Source: Promethearchaeota archaeon (GTDB lineage Archaea > Asgardarchaeota > Lokiarchaeia > Sigyniarchaeales > SOKP01). Taken from it: a DNA stretch of 64,000 nt. The position numbers were made by a program, and so were the translations under genes. This document shows, in pieces, positions 1 to 9,599 of the stretch. Below the pieces are notes generated by a model. That model was given only the letters and a program-made list of their open reading frames with translations, was not told the origin of the DNA and did no database searches. Location: NCBI GenBank assembly GCA_030599585.1, contig JAUVNS010000002.1:320001-384000 (forward strand), given 5' to 3'. Each line of letters opens with the position of its first letter. Position 1 is the first letter of the stretch.

Positions 1-363
1 ATTAACCTCAAGAACTTTTGTGATATAATTGTTCACATAATTAGAAATCGTTCCCCAGTGAGGTCCATGAATATTCCCATCTTCTTTTAAGTGATCTTCT
101 ACAGCTTTATAGCTATGTAATTTTTCGTATAATTCCTTCCACGACTTTGCATCATCCCAAGAATATTTCCCCATTATTTTATATTTATTATACCAAGTAT
201 TGAAATTGGAACCAATAAATTCTTTTAATTTGCGCTTTATAGTATTAGGGGGGACATTTATCTTAAATTCTTTATAGTACTTTTTACTAGCTTCATTCAA
301 GTTACCAAATCTTTCATATAATCTTTTCCATTTAAGAACTTCTTCATTATTGTACTTACTCAT
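1..363 (-). CDS. Hypothetical protein, 3'-truncated by window edge, with two ~60-aa helical repeats
   Basis: Not in the ORF track. Manual translation from ATG at 363 is open to base 1 (121 codons): MSKYNNEEVLKWKRLYERFGNL...KYSWDDAKSWKELYEKLHSY... Confidence 0.7.
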   Translation of the reverse strand, partial: MSKYNNEEVLKWKRLYERFGNLNEASKKYYKEFKINVPPNTIKRKLKEFIGSNFNTWYNKYKIMGKYSWDDAKSWKELYEKLHSYKAVEDHLKEDGNIHGPHWGTISNYVNNYITKVLEVN

Positions 364-750
364 TACTATAATCTCAATTTAAGTCTCATTTTATATTAAA
401 TCCATTTAAGATTTAGGCTTCTTAATTGATCCCAAAATTTATTTTACGAGTAGAAGTTGATAAATATATAATTATTTTTACTGTATTAAAAAATTACACC
501 TTATAGATTTTCTGATTTAAAAATAAAAAGCAGGAATTTAAAGTCATACCTATTCCTCTTAGTGGTTTGGGTGATAGTTTCTTAGACATAATATTGCTCA
601 CTTAAATTAGCGCTTGTAATATTTAAAAAAGCGATCATTTACAATTATCTTTTTCGTTTTTATTGGATTAAGGAAAGTTACTTTAGTCTTTCCTTCTCTA
701 ATACCATTCAAGATAAAAATCTATTAAAATAATTAAGCGTTAAAATAAAT

Positions 751-1128
751 ATGTCAAATATTGAAACAATTAACCCGGGAATCCCCGTAGCAGGCCCTTA
801 TAATCCAGGTATAAAAACAGGTAATTTTCTATTTATTTCTGGTCAAGGTTCGGCTCAATCTAAAGAAGATATTAAAGAACAGACATTAACTACACTCAAT
901 AAAATAAAAACAATTGTAGAGGCTGGAGGCGGTAAAATTTCTAACATCGTTAAAGCAACCGTTTATTTAAAAGATATCAACGACTTTAGCAAAATGAACA
1001 CTGTTTACAAGAAATTTTTTAATGATAACGGCGTTTCAGAAGCTTACCCTTCAAGAGCAGCATTAGAAGTATCGAATTTACCTTTACCTAACATGTTAAT
1101 AGAAATAAGTGCAATCGCTGTGTTATAA
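751..1128 (+). CDS. ridA: RidA/YjgF/YER057c/UK114 family enamine/imine deaminase
   Basis: GPYNPG, FISGQG, VKATVYLKDINDF..MN..Y, PSR (catalytic Arg) and IEI motifs; 125 aa. Confidence 0.9.
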   Translation: MSNIETINPGIPVAGPYNPGIKTGNFLFISGQGSAQSKEDIKEQTLTTLNKIKTIVEAGGGKISNIVKATVYLKDINDFSKMNTVYKKFFNDNGVSEAYPSRAALEVSNLPLPNMLIEISAIAVL

Positions 1129-1217
1129 TTCAGTATAATGTATTTTTTTTAACAAAAACTAAAAAGCAATTTTCATCTATTATCACTTAATTACTAATTA
1201 CGTAGGTTGAATGATAT

Positions 1218-2402
1218 TTGATTTTAACATCTAGTTATGAAGAATTAAAGAATTTAGTAAAAAACAAGAAGTTTCCTTTGGCGATATGTGATCTTGATGC
1301 TTTCAATCAGAATTTAGAGAGAGTTGGTAAATTTCTTAGAACAACAAAGAAAAATTTAAGATTATGTACTAAATCTGTCAGAGTTCCTGAACTGGTAAAT
1401 AAAGTTGAAAAAGAAGATTTTGTTAACGGCATCTTTACCTATAACTCAGCAGAAGCATTATTCTACTCAGAAAATTATCGGATTAAAGATATTTTGATGG
1501 GTTATCCAACGATGTCTAAAGTCGATGTCGAAGAATTATGTCAAGCGGCAAAAGTAGATGGAGTAAGGATTTCAGTAATGGTAGATGATACTAAACAGAT
1601 CAATCTTTTAGATGAGGCTGCAACTAAGAATAGCGTTGAGTTTGATATTTTGATTGAAATTGATGTTGCTGACAAATTACTTGGAAGAAATATTGGCGTT
1701 TTAAGAAGTTCCATAAGGGATCCTGAAGTTGTAGTAAGCCTTGCACGCCTTATCAATAAAAAATCTCAGTTGCATTTTCGAGGGATTATGGGTTATGAAG
1801 CTCAGAATGCGAGTATAGGAGATGATAAAATGTTGTTTAGATATGTGAAGAAGAGATCAAGGAAAAAAGTTAATATGTGGCGTCAAAATACTGTAGATGC
1901 CCTTAATACTGCGGGATTTCAACCAGAAGTTGTAAATGGGGGAGGTTCAGGATGCTTCCAAGAAACAGCTACCGAGTCCTCTATAACTGAAATAGGTATA
2001 GGATCATTACTTTTTAAATCGCATATTTTTGACACAATTAATTCTTTAAACGAGTTCCTACCATCTATGTTCTTTGTTCTACAAATTGTCAGAAAACCAC
2101 GAATAAATATTGCCACTGCTTTTTCAGGAGGGTATGTGAGTTCTGGAAGTGTGAGAGCATTGCCTATATCGGTTATTCCGAAGAATTTGAAATTAACTAA
2201 AGACGAAGGTTTTGGAGAAGTTCAAACACCCTTTATTTTTGATCCAAACCAAATTGAATTAAACCTTGGAGATCCAATATTTTGTAGGTTTGGTAAAGCA
2301 GGGGAACCATTAGAACACTTTAATGACGTATTGATTTATAGCAAGGGTGAACTAATAGATAGTTATAAAACTTACCGTGGACACGGCAAAAGATTTTCTT
2401 GA
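1218..2402 (+). CDS. Fold-type III PLP enzyme (alanine racemase N-domain; DSD1-like amino acid deaminase/aldolase)
   Basis: RLCTKSVR (PLP Lys), GIMGYEAQ, NGGGSG, GEVQTP, KAGE and TYRG motifs; TTG start. Confidence 0.8.
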   Translation: MILTSSYEELKNLVKNKKFPLAICDLDAFNQNLERVGKFLRTTKKNLRLCTKSVRVPELVNKVEKEDFVNGIFTYNSAEALFYSENYRIKDILMGYPTMSKVDVEELCQAAKVDGVRISVMVDDTKQINLLDEAATKNSVEFDILIEIDVADKLLGRNIGVLRSSIRDPEVVVSLARLINKKSQLHFRGIMGYEAQNASIGDDKMLFRYVKKRSRKKVNMWRQNTVDALNTAGFQPEVVNGGGSGCFQETATESSITEIGIGSLLFKSHIFDTINSLNEFLPSMFFVLQIVRKPRINIATAFSGGYVSSGSVRALPISVIPKNLKLTKDEGFGEVQTPFIFDPNQIELNLGDPIFCRFGKAGEPLEHFNDVLIYSKGELIDSYKTYRGHGKRFS

Positions 2403-2437
2403 AATATCTTTTTAAAAAAGAAAAAAAGAAAAAATAA

Positions 2438-4276
2438 TTAGTAAAGGTCTTTAATTACAAAATCCAAATTTAATTCTGAAAGAGTTTCTTTAAGAGGTTT
2501 TCCATTTTCAGGGTCCCATCCGAAGCTTTCACAGTAAACTCTGTAGTCTGCTACATAATCTACCCCTACAGCCCTTTCTGGTAACTTGTTTTTAGTCATG
2601 TTGATGCCTTCTCTAATATTGAACGATTGTCTTAGTGTTTGAATACGCTTTCCTATTTTTACGATATCATCCATAGTAATATCCCAACCAGCAATGCTTT
2701 TTATAAATTCTATGAGAGGATATTTCTGGAAGAAGTAAGCAAATTCACACAAACCAGTACAACTTGTAGCTTGCCATAGAGCTGAAACCGATTTAAGTGC
2801 TTCATTACGATCCTCGCTTGGTCTTTTAAACTTTTTAGGTAAACTAAATCCTGAAAATAAACCATCAGGTTTCATCAACGGTCCTCCAACCATTATGTCT
2901 AAACATCCTGAGGTGTGTCTACCCGGAGTTGGATCGAAAGCATATGACATTCCTAGCGATTTATAATATTTAGGTGAATGCATAGCAAGTTCTTGACCCA
3001 TCGAATGTATTGCGTATTCAGCGCCCTTTCCAAGTTTTTCTGAAGCAATTTTCGAACCATCAGCTAAAATATCTCCTATTCCATTGCGGTTTATAATCTT
3101 TTTCACTAACTCGACGATTGCTTTTGAATTTCCCCAGTTCAATTCAAGGCCATCTACATCATCGTTATTTAGTAAACCATTTTCATAGCATTCAATAGTG
3201 TATGCTACAGTTCCACCAACTGAAATTGTATCAATCCCTCCTCGATTGCATAATTCATTAATTTCAATTATCGAAAGCAAATCGTCGTTTAACAAAAGAT
3301 GTCCAAAAGATGCACAAGTTTCATATTCAGGTCTGTGTGTTTCTTTAATATTAATTTGGGGTACTTTCAGTATAGCTCCGCATTGAACAGGGCAACCAAA
3401 ACAACCGTATTTTTTTTCTTTAAATTTATCTAATTCTAAACCGGTAATTTTATTTAGATTTTCCACCGTAAAATCTTCGGCAGAAGTTCCACCCCAATTC
3501 TTTATCGGAGCATCACCTGTTTTTGCTACAATGTCATTCATCCATGGTGTACCCAAATCACTCCATAACTTTATTGAACCTACTGAAGCAGTGCTTATTC
3601 CATTATTATATTCTTTCACTAATTGAGTAAGAGCATCTTTATCTTCCAACTCAATTTTTTGATTTCCTTTTAGTACTATTGCTTTAAGTTTTTTAGAACC
3701 CATTACAGCACCTAAACCAGATCTAGCTGCTATCCTTCCCTTGTCATTTACGATTCCTGAGATTAAAGAAAGTTTTTCACCAGCAACCCCGATACTAGCA
3801 ATTCTGGAACCTGAATACCTATCTAATAATCTCTCTTCCGTTTCTATGGTATCTAAACCCCATATATCTGCTGCATCAATAATTTGCTTCTCATTATTGA
3901 TTATCGTTATAATTTTTGGACTACTTGCTATACCTTTAATTAATATTCCATCATATCCAGATTTCTTTATTTCAGGTCCGAAAAAACCTCCACAGTGAGA
4001 ATCACCCCATGTTCCCGTAAGAGGCGACTTACCTGCCACCATATATCTCCCCGTGAGAGGTGCCAATGTTCCAGTTAAGAAACCTGGAAAAAAGCCTAAT
4101 ATAGCATCTGGACCTAAAGGGTCTACATTTTTAGGCGTATTTTCATAAATATACTTCGCTGCTAATCCAAAACCGCCTAAATATTGTTGATATAACTCTT
4201 CTGGTACATCCACCTCTTTAAAAGTCCCATCAGTAAGATCCACCCATAAAATTTTTCCCATATAACCATTTGGCAA
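2438..4276 (-). CDS. aor: Tungsten-dependent aldehyde:ferredoxin oxidoreductase family protein
   Basis: GYMGKILWVDL, KSPLTG, GRIAARSGLGAVMGSKKLKAI, CFGCPVQC, PEYET and GIDTIS motifs. Confidence 0.92.
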   Translation of the reverse strand: MPNGYMGKILWVDLTDGTFKEVDVPEELYQQYLGGFGLAAKYIYENTPKNVDPLGPDAILGFFPGFLTGTLAPLTGRYMVAGKSPLTGTWGDSHCGGFFGPEIKKSGYDGILIKGIASSPKIITIINNEKQIIDAADIWGLDTIETEERLLDRYSGSRIASIGVAGEKLSLISGIVNDKGRIAARSGLGAVMGSKKLKAIVLKGNQKIELEDKDALTQLVKEYNNGISTASVGSIKLWSDLGTPWMNDIVAKTGDAPIKNWGGTSAEDFTVENLNKITGLELDKFKEKKYGCFGCPVQCGAILKVPQINIKETHRPEYETCASFGHLLLNDDLLSIIEINELCNRGGIDTISVGGTVAYTIECYENGLLNNDDVDGLELNWGNSKAIVELVKKIINRNGIGDILADGSKIASEKLGKGAEYAIHSMGQELAMHSPKYYKSLGMSYAFDPTPGRHTSGCLDIMVGGPLMKPDGLFSGFSLPKKFKRPSEDRNEALKSVSALWQATSCTGLCEFAYFFQKYPLIEFIKSIAGWDITMDDIVKIGKRIQTLRQSFNIREGINMTKNKLPERAVGVDYVADYRVYCESFGWDPENGKPLKETLSELNLDFVIKDLY

Positions 4277-4399
4277 CTATTTTTAACTCCTATGATTTAA
4301 TTTTTATAAATATGTTTCAAGTGTATTTATTAAATAATTAAATGTTTAGAATGTTTAAAAAGATTATAAACGAGAAAATTATAAAATAGCTAACAAATC

Positions 4400-4690
4400 A
4401 TGCCTAAACATCAAAATAATTTTATTATTATGAATCCAGATGATAATTGTGTTACTGCTCTCGAAGATATATCAGAAGGCTCACAAATTCAAATAAGAGA
4501 AAGTTCCATTGTCATTAACCAAAATATATCTTTAGGGCATAAAATCGCTTTAGAAGACATTAAAAAAGGCGATTTGGTTAAAAAATATGGTCACTCTATA
4601 GGAATTGCTACAGCTGATATAAAGAAGGGAGATTGGATACATACTCATAATCTTACAAGTCAGTATCTCAAGGAGGTAGCGAAAATATGA
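4400..4690 (+). CDS. UxaA/SuyA-type SAF-domain small subunit
   Basis: DNCVTAL, GHKIAL.DI..G..V.KYG..IG.A..DI..G.WIHTHN; overlaps the next gene by 4 nt. Confidence 0.88.
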   Translation: MPKHQNNFIIMNPDDNCVTALEDISEGSQIQIRESSIVINQNISLGHKIALEDIKKGDLVKKYGHSIGIATADIKKGDWIHTHNLTSQYLKEVAKI

Positions 4691-5874
4691 TTGAAGAATT
4701 TATGGGATATCAACGACCGAATGGAGAAGTTGGAATTAGAAATAAGATCGCAATAATTTCTTCTGTTGTATGCGTAAATCACGTAGTCCAGCAAATCGCT
4801 AATAAAATTAAGGGTGCGGTGCCTATTACTCATCCTTTAGGATGTGGTCAATTTGGACCCGATTATAAAAACACTTTGAATACTTTAATTGGTTTAGGAA
4901 AGAATCCTAACGTTTTTGGAGCTGTAGTTGTTGGTTTAGGATGTGAAAATATTAGTAGTAGATTAATAGCTAAAAATATCATGAAATCAAAAAAGCCAGT
5001 TGAATTTTTTGACTTACAAGAAGTTAAAGGAGGATCACCAGCTGCAATAGAAAAAGGTATTATCCTTGGGAACAGAATTTCTGAAGAAGCAAGAGAATTG
5101 AAAAGAGAACCATTTGATTTCTCCCATATCGTTTTAGGGTTAGAATGTGGAGGATCAGATTCAATTTCTGGAATATCTGCGAATCCAGCTTTAGGAATTG
5201 TATCTGATAGAATTGTTAATTTTGGAGGAACTTCCATTTTAGCAGAATTTACGGAATGGATTGGGACTGAACATTTATTAATTGAACGAGCAATAAATAA
5301 AAATGTCGCGGAACAAATACATGAGTTACTCTCCGGTTTTTTAGAAAATCTAAATGATCTAGGCATTAATTTTCTTGGAGTACAACCCACGCCTGGGAAT
5401 ATTCAAGGCGGTTTAACAACCATAGAAGAAAAAAGTTTAGGTTCCATAGCAAAAGCGGGAAAATCTCCTATCCAAGGGTTAATTCAATATACAGAAAAAC
5501 CTAAAGGGAAGGGGCTGTGGTTAATGATCGAACCAAGTTTGGATGTTGAATCTATGACAGGATTGGCCGCAGTAGGAGCAAATGTTATTGCCATGACGAC
5601 AGGAAGAGGTAGCCCTTGTGGAAACCCTGTGGCTCCTGTGATAAAATTATGCGGTAATCCAAAAACTTGTGAATGGATGGCAGAAAACATCGATGTTGAT
5701 GTTAGTTCAATAATTAAAGGAGAAAACTCCGTGGAGGAACTTGCTGAAGTTCTGTGGTTAAGAATGAAGAATGTATTGAACGGTGAAAAAACTCAAGCAG
5801 AAAAATTAGGTTTTAACGATATTGCGATTTGGAGAAATACAGCAGCACCGTTTCAATACATGCATTGTAAATAA
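4687..5874 (+). CDS. UxaA/GarD/SuyB family dehydratase or sulfo-lyase, large subunit
   Basis: GYQRPNGEVGIRN, HPLGCGQ, GLGCE, ECGGSD..SG..ANPALG, PTPGN..GGLTTIEEKSLG, TTGRG. Confidence 0.9.
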   Translation: MIEEFMGYQRPNGEVGIRNKIAIISSVVCVNHVVQQIANKIKGAVPITHPLGCGQFGPDYKNTLNTLIGLGKNPNVFGAVVVGLGCENISSRLIAKNIMKSKKPVEFFDLQEVKGGSPAAIEKGIILGNRISEEARELKREPFDFSHIVLGLECGGSDSISGISANPALGIVSDRIVNFGGTSILAEFTEWIGTEHLLIERAINKNVAEQIHELLSGFLENLNDLGINFLGVQPTPGNIQGGLTTIEEKSLGSIAKAGKSPIQGLIQYTEKPKGKGLWLMIEPSLDVESMTGLAAVGANVIAMTTGRGSPCGNPVAPVIKLCGNPKTCEWMAENIDVDVSSIIKGENSVEELAEVLWLRMKNVLNGEKTQAEKLGFNDIAIWRNTAAPFQYMHCK

Positions 5875-5886
5875 AAATAGGATAAC

Positions 5887-7188
5887 CTATAAAAATGGAT
5901 TTTTATCTCTAAATATCTTCTCTTTGTATTGTTCCAGATGTGGGGGCGCTAAACCTTTTTCCGTTGCTTCTTTTTTCATATCTTTTAGAATTTCCCCACA
6001 ATTTATTGAAACGGGGCACCAATGATAGCAATTTTCACATCCCGTACAGAGAAAAAGACCATCATTTACAGCAGCTTCGATTCCATTGTGAATGTAGTCT
6101 CGAATAATTGCTGTAGCACCCAACCCATACTTAGAGGCATAGATATTTCCAAAAGCTCGTGAAGCAGTACATGGATAAATACAGGATTTACAGCCAATGC
6201 ATTTCAAGAAATCAGCGTAGATGAGACTTTCGTTAACAGCTTTAGTTCTCCAATCATCGACAAGGATAACGACTACTTCCTTTGCTCCATACATGCCTTG
6301 AACACTTGTGCCTTGTATATCAGATGTATTTGACGGTCCTGAAATGAGGCTTATGTAATTATACGAAACATTGTTAATCCGAGACTGTGATTTAGTAACA
6401 AGTATTGCATCGAATATAGTAGGAACAATTTTAGTTATACCACAAACTACTATGTGTTTATCAGTTGCTCTTGTTATAAGACTAATGTTACCTTCATTTT
6501 CTCCTAAAACAATAGTACCATCTTCAGCAGATATTGCATTTGCAGAAGTTAAAGATATTTTCACATCGTTGAGTAATTCTTTTCTATAAGTACTTCTAAA
6601 ATAGTTAACAATTGCTTGAGCTTTAGGTTCGAGTTCCACACCATATACTTCTTTTATTTTCTTAGCTATTTCTTCTTCCGTAAAGTGAGCCCCTGGACCT
6701 ACTTGAAAACTAGGTAATTTATAATCAAATAATTGAACGAGTACATCGCCCAAGTCAGTTTCTTTAATTATTATCTCATTCTTCTTCAAAACATCAATAA
6801 TCCCAATGTCTTTAGCTTCATTCGATTTTGACTTATAGATGATTCTAGCATCTCCTAATTCTTCCATGAAAATCTTTTGAGCTTGTTCGTTTGTTTTTGC
6901 GTAATGAACAGTGAAATTCTTCTTGCGCATGATATTAATGCATTTTTCTACGTAAGCATCCATGTTATTGACAAACTCTTCTCGCATTTCAATAAGGTTA
7001 TCACGATTTTTATCCACAAATTCTCGACTCGTATCGTCGTATAAGTACCTTAAATCATGCTGTCTGGTTTTTATCACGCAAGCAAATTTCCAGAAATCTC
7101 CAAATTGCTTTTCTAAAGTCCCTTCTTCCTGAGAATCTTCAATTTTCTTCTTAACTTTCTCATATAGCCCCTTTCCGCTTTCACTCAC
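5887..7188 (-). CDS. LutB-like LUD-domain Fe-S protein
   Basis: KSKS, ETDLG, ENEGN, ISGPS.TSDI.....GMYG, plus two CxxCxxCxxxC 4Fe-4S motifs; GTG start. Confidence 0.85.
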   Translation of the reverse strand: MSESGKGLYEKVKKKIEDSQEEGTLEKQFGDFWKFACVIKTRQHDLRYLYDDTSREFVDKNRDNLIEMREEFVNNMDAYVEKCINIMRKKNFTVHYAKTNEQAQKIFMEELGDARIIYKSKSNEAKDIGIIDVLKKNEIIIKETDLGDVLVQLFDYKLPSFQVGPGAHFTEEEIAKKIKEVYGVELEPKAQAIVNYFRSTYRKELLNDVKISLTSANAISAEDGTIVLGENEGNISLITRATDKHIVVCGITKIVPTIFDAILVTKSQSRINNVSYNYISLISGPSNTSDIQGTSVQGMYGAKEVVVILVDDWRTKAVNESLIYADFLKCIGCKSCIYPCTASRAFGNIYASKYGLGATAIIRDYIHNGIEAAVNDGLFLCTGCENCYHWCPVSINCGEILKDMKKEATEKGLAPPHLEQYKEKIFRDKNPFL

Positions 7189-7921
7189 TTAGTGGATCAA
7201 CTCCTTCCATAATGTTTACTATAAAATCTTCAAACTTAATCACAGGTTTTTTTATTTGATTCTCATCTCTAATTCGTGCTAATGCTGTAAAACAAAATGG
7301 ACATGCCGTTAGTAGTAATTTACCACGATTAAGTTGATCAAAAATTAATTTTGAATTGTAATCGCTATTTTCTTTAAATATTGAATAAACACCTCCCCCA
7401 GCGCCACAACAGATACTATTAGTTTTACTACTTTCCATCTCCTTGAGTTCAACATTTTCAATTGAATTCAGAATCCGTCTTGGTTCATCAATAATAGGAA
7501 TCACAGCATTTCTTAAATGGCAAGCATCGTGATAACTTACTTTTAATTTCTTACCAGTATGCTTTAAGTCTAGTTTTGATAAATTGTCTGGTTCAGTGAG
7601 AAATTGAAGGAAGTGAGTAACTTTAACTTTGAAGTCTTGTCCTAAAAATTGAGCGTAATATTTCGTCAAATAGTTATAGCATCCAGCGCAAGTAGTCACG
7701 AGTTCAGAAATATCATTTAACTCGAACCAGCTATTAACATTTTTTACATGATCTTTTAGCTCGATATCACTGCCGATGTGATAAGATAAAGCTCCACAGC
7801 ATGGAACATCGTCTAGAACGGTGTAACTTGGATCTAAAAAATTGATAATTTTAATAGCATTTTTACACGTCTCTTGATAACGAGTGTTCGATAAACATCC
7901 TAAATAAATCAATTTAGTCAA
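7181..7921 (-). CDS. CCG-domain (Fe-S)-binding protein, LutA/GlpC/HdrD-like
   Basis: GC, CCG, TTCAGC, YHDACHL, CCGAGGG, TACPFC; overlaps the LutB-like gene. Confidence 0.87.
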   Translation of the reverse strand: MTKLIYLGCLSNTRYQETCKNAIKIINFLDPSYTVLDDVPCCGALSYHIGSDIELKDHVKNVNSWFELNDISELVTTCAGCYNYLTKYYAQFLGQDFKVKVTHFLQFLTEPDNLSKLDLKHTGKKLKVSYHDACHLRNAVIPIIDEPRRILNSIENVELKEMESSKTNSICCGAGGGVYSIFKENSDYNSKLIFDQLNRGKLLLTACPFCFTALARIRDENQIKKPVIKFEDFIVNIMEGVDPLSE

Positions 7922-8122
7922 TTTTTAATCGTATCTCACTAATTTCTTAATAATTTATGATAGAATTTTGCTATTAAAAATATTTACTGATTCCTATAAT
8001 TTAGAATATATACTACGGTTCAAAGAAATTATATACTATAACATTTTATTCAAAAATGCTTAATAACGAATAGATTGAAATTTATAATTATTAGAATATT
8101 AAAACTAAATATTAGATAATAA

Positions 8123-8416
8123 CTGAGTTGGTTCAATATTCCAAAAATATTAGAAAACAAGGAGAAGAATTTTTCGCTATTCCTAAATAAAAATAGGTGT
8201 GGGGGCTGTCAAGCTTGCGTATATGTGTGTCCAACGGGAATTCTAGAGATGGGAGATGAATTAAATATGAGAATCGCTTATACACCCCAAGTTAAAGAAG
8301 GAAAAGCAAAGTATTGCACTGCATGTAAACGATGTGAATATGGATGCCCAGATTGGTGTATTTATATTTTGGATGAATCAGATAATGAAACTACAGCAAA
8401 AAAAGCTAAGGTTTAA
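8123..8416 (+). CDS. 2x[4Fe-4S] ferredoxin-like delta subunit of 2-oxoacid:ferredoxin oxidoreductase (start uncertain)
   Basis: The frame is open upstream of the listed GTG (8225) to a stop at 8120-8122 and supplies the first cluster motif CGGCQACVYVCP; second motif is CTACKRCEYGCP. Confidence 0.8.
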   Translation: MSWFNIPKILENKEKNFSLFLNKNRCGGCQACVYVCPTGILEMGDELNMRIAYTPQVKEGKAKYCTACKRCEYGCPDWCIYILDESDNETTAKKAKV

Positions 8417-8429
8417 CGAGGTTAGAAAA

Positions 8430-9599
8430 ATGGATATAGGATATAACAAAAGATTCTTACCAGAAGGAAAACATTTAATGATGGGAAACATAGCAATGTC
8501 AGAAGGTGCTCTCGCTGCGGGATTGAAATTCTTTGGAGGGTACCCTATCACTCCAAGCACGGAAGTTATTGAGCATCTTGCTGTGAGATTACCACAAATT
8601 GGTGGAGTATGTATGCAGATGGAAGACGAATTAGCATCAATCAATGCTGTGATTGGAGCTTCTTTGGTCGGAAGCAAAGCTATGACAGCAACCTCTGGAC
8701 CGGGTATTTCTTTAATGACTGAAACTATCTCAATGGCTGCAAACCTAGAAGTACCATTTGTATTCTGTGATGTACAGCGTAATGGTCCTGGAACAGGGTT
8801 TGTAACTGAGCCACATCATAACGATATAGGGTTAATGCGATTTGCTGGAAACGGCGAGTTTCAAGTGATAACTTTAGCCCCAATGAGTTGTCAAGAATTA
8901 TATGATTTAACTATTACTGCTTTTAATTTTGCAGAGACTTACCGTTGCCCGGTATTTATTATGTCAGATGCTTATCTAGGACACATTCACGAAGTGGTAA
9001 CCATACCTTCAAAGGAAGAAATATTAAAGAAAGTAATTGACCGGGAAATACCCGATGAAATTACTAAAAAATTCTCCTATAAAGATGATATTACAGGAAA
9101 ATATGTTATCCCTAAACCACCAATTATAGGTACGGATTACTGTCCAGGCATGTTTCTTTCTCAACCTCATAGCTCTGAAGGATTACCAACACCTAAACCT
9201 CAATTATTCACTGAAATGATGATTAAAAAAATCACTAGCAACATAGATAAAATTTCTCTAACCGAATCGTATAAACTAGAAGACGCAGAGTTAATTATAA
9301 TAGCTTATGGCTTACCAGTCAGAGCGAGTTATCGCGCGGTTGATTTAGCTCGAAAAGAAGGGATAAGAGTTGGAATTTTTAGGTTGATAACAATATGGCC
9401 TTTTCCAGACGAAAAGGTTAAAGAAACTGTTAAAGATGCAAAAGCGGTTATCGTTCCAGAATTAAATTACACCGGAGTTATAGCAGAACAAGTTGAAAGG
9501 GTTACTAAACTCAGTACACCTGTAATTCGAATTCCAAATGTATGTGAAATTCATCATCCACACGATATTTTAAAAGTTATAAAGGAGGTGGCTAAATAA
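8430..9599 (+). CDS. korA: 2-oxoacid:ferredoxin oxidoreductase alpha subunit
   Basis: GYPITPSTE, QMEDE, TATSGPG, DVQR.GP, WPFP, VPELN; start moved to ATG 8430 (GAGGT upstream, no overlap with the delta gene). Substrate not established. Confidence 0.88.
   Translation: MDIGYNKRFLPEGKHLMMGNIAMSEGALAAGLKFFGGYPITPSTEVIEHLAVRLPQIGGVCMQMEDELASINAVIGASLVGSKAMTATSGPGISLMTETISMAANLEVPFVFCDVQRNGPGTGFVTEPHHNDIGLMRFAGNGEFQVITLAPMSCQELYDLTITAFNFAETYRCPVFIMSDAYLGHIHEVVTIPSKEEILKKVIDREIPDEITKKFSYKDDITGKYVIPKPPIIGTDYCPGMFLSQPHSSEGLPTPKPQLFTEMMIKKITSNIDKISLTESYKLEDAELIIIAYGLPVRASYRAVDLARKEGIRVGIFRLITIWPFPDEKVKETVKDAKAVIVPELNYTGVIAEQVERVTKLSTPVIRIPNVCEIHHPHDILKVIKEVAK

Noticed and set aside
515-589. Tiny minus-strand ORF MSKKLSPKPLRGIG...
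   Set aside because: Only about 23 codons with no supporting motif; it could be a remnant but is unsupported.
8334-8429. N-terminal extension of the OFOR alpha subunit
   Set aside because: It overlaps the delta subunit gene; ATG 8430 with upstream GAGGT is more plausible.
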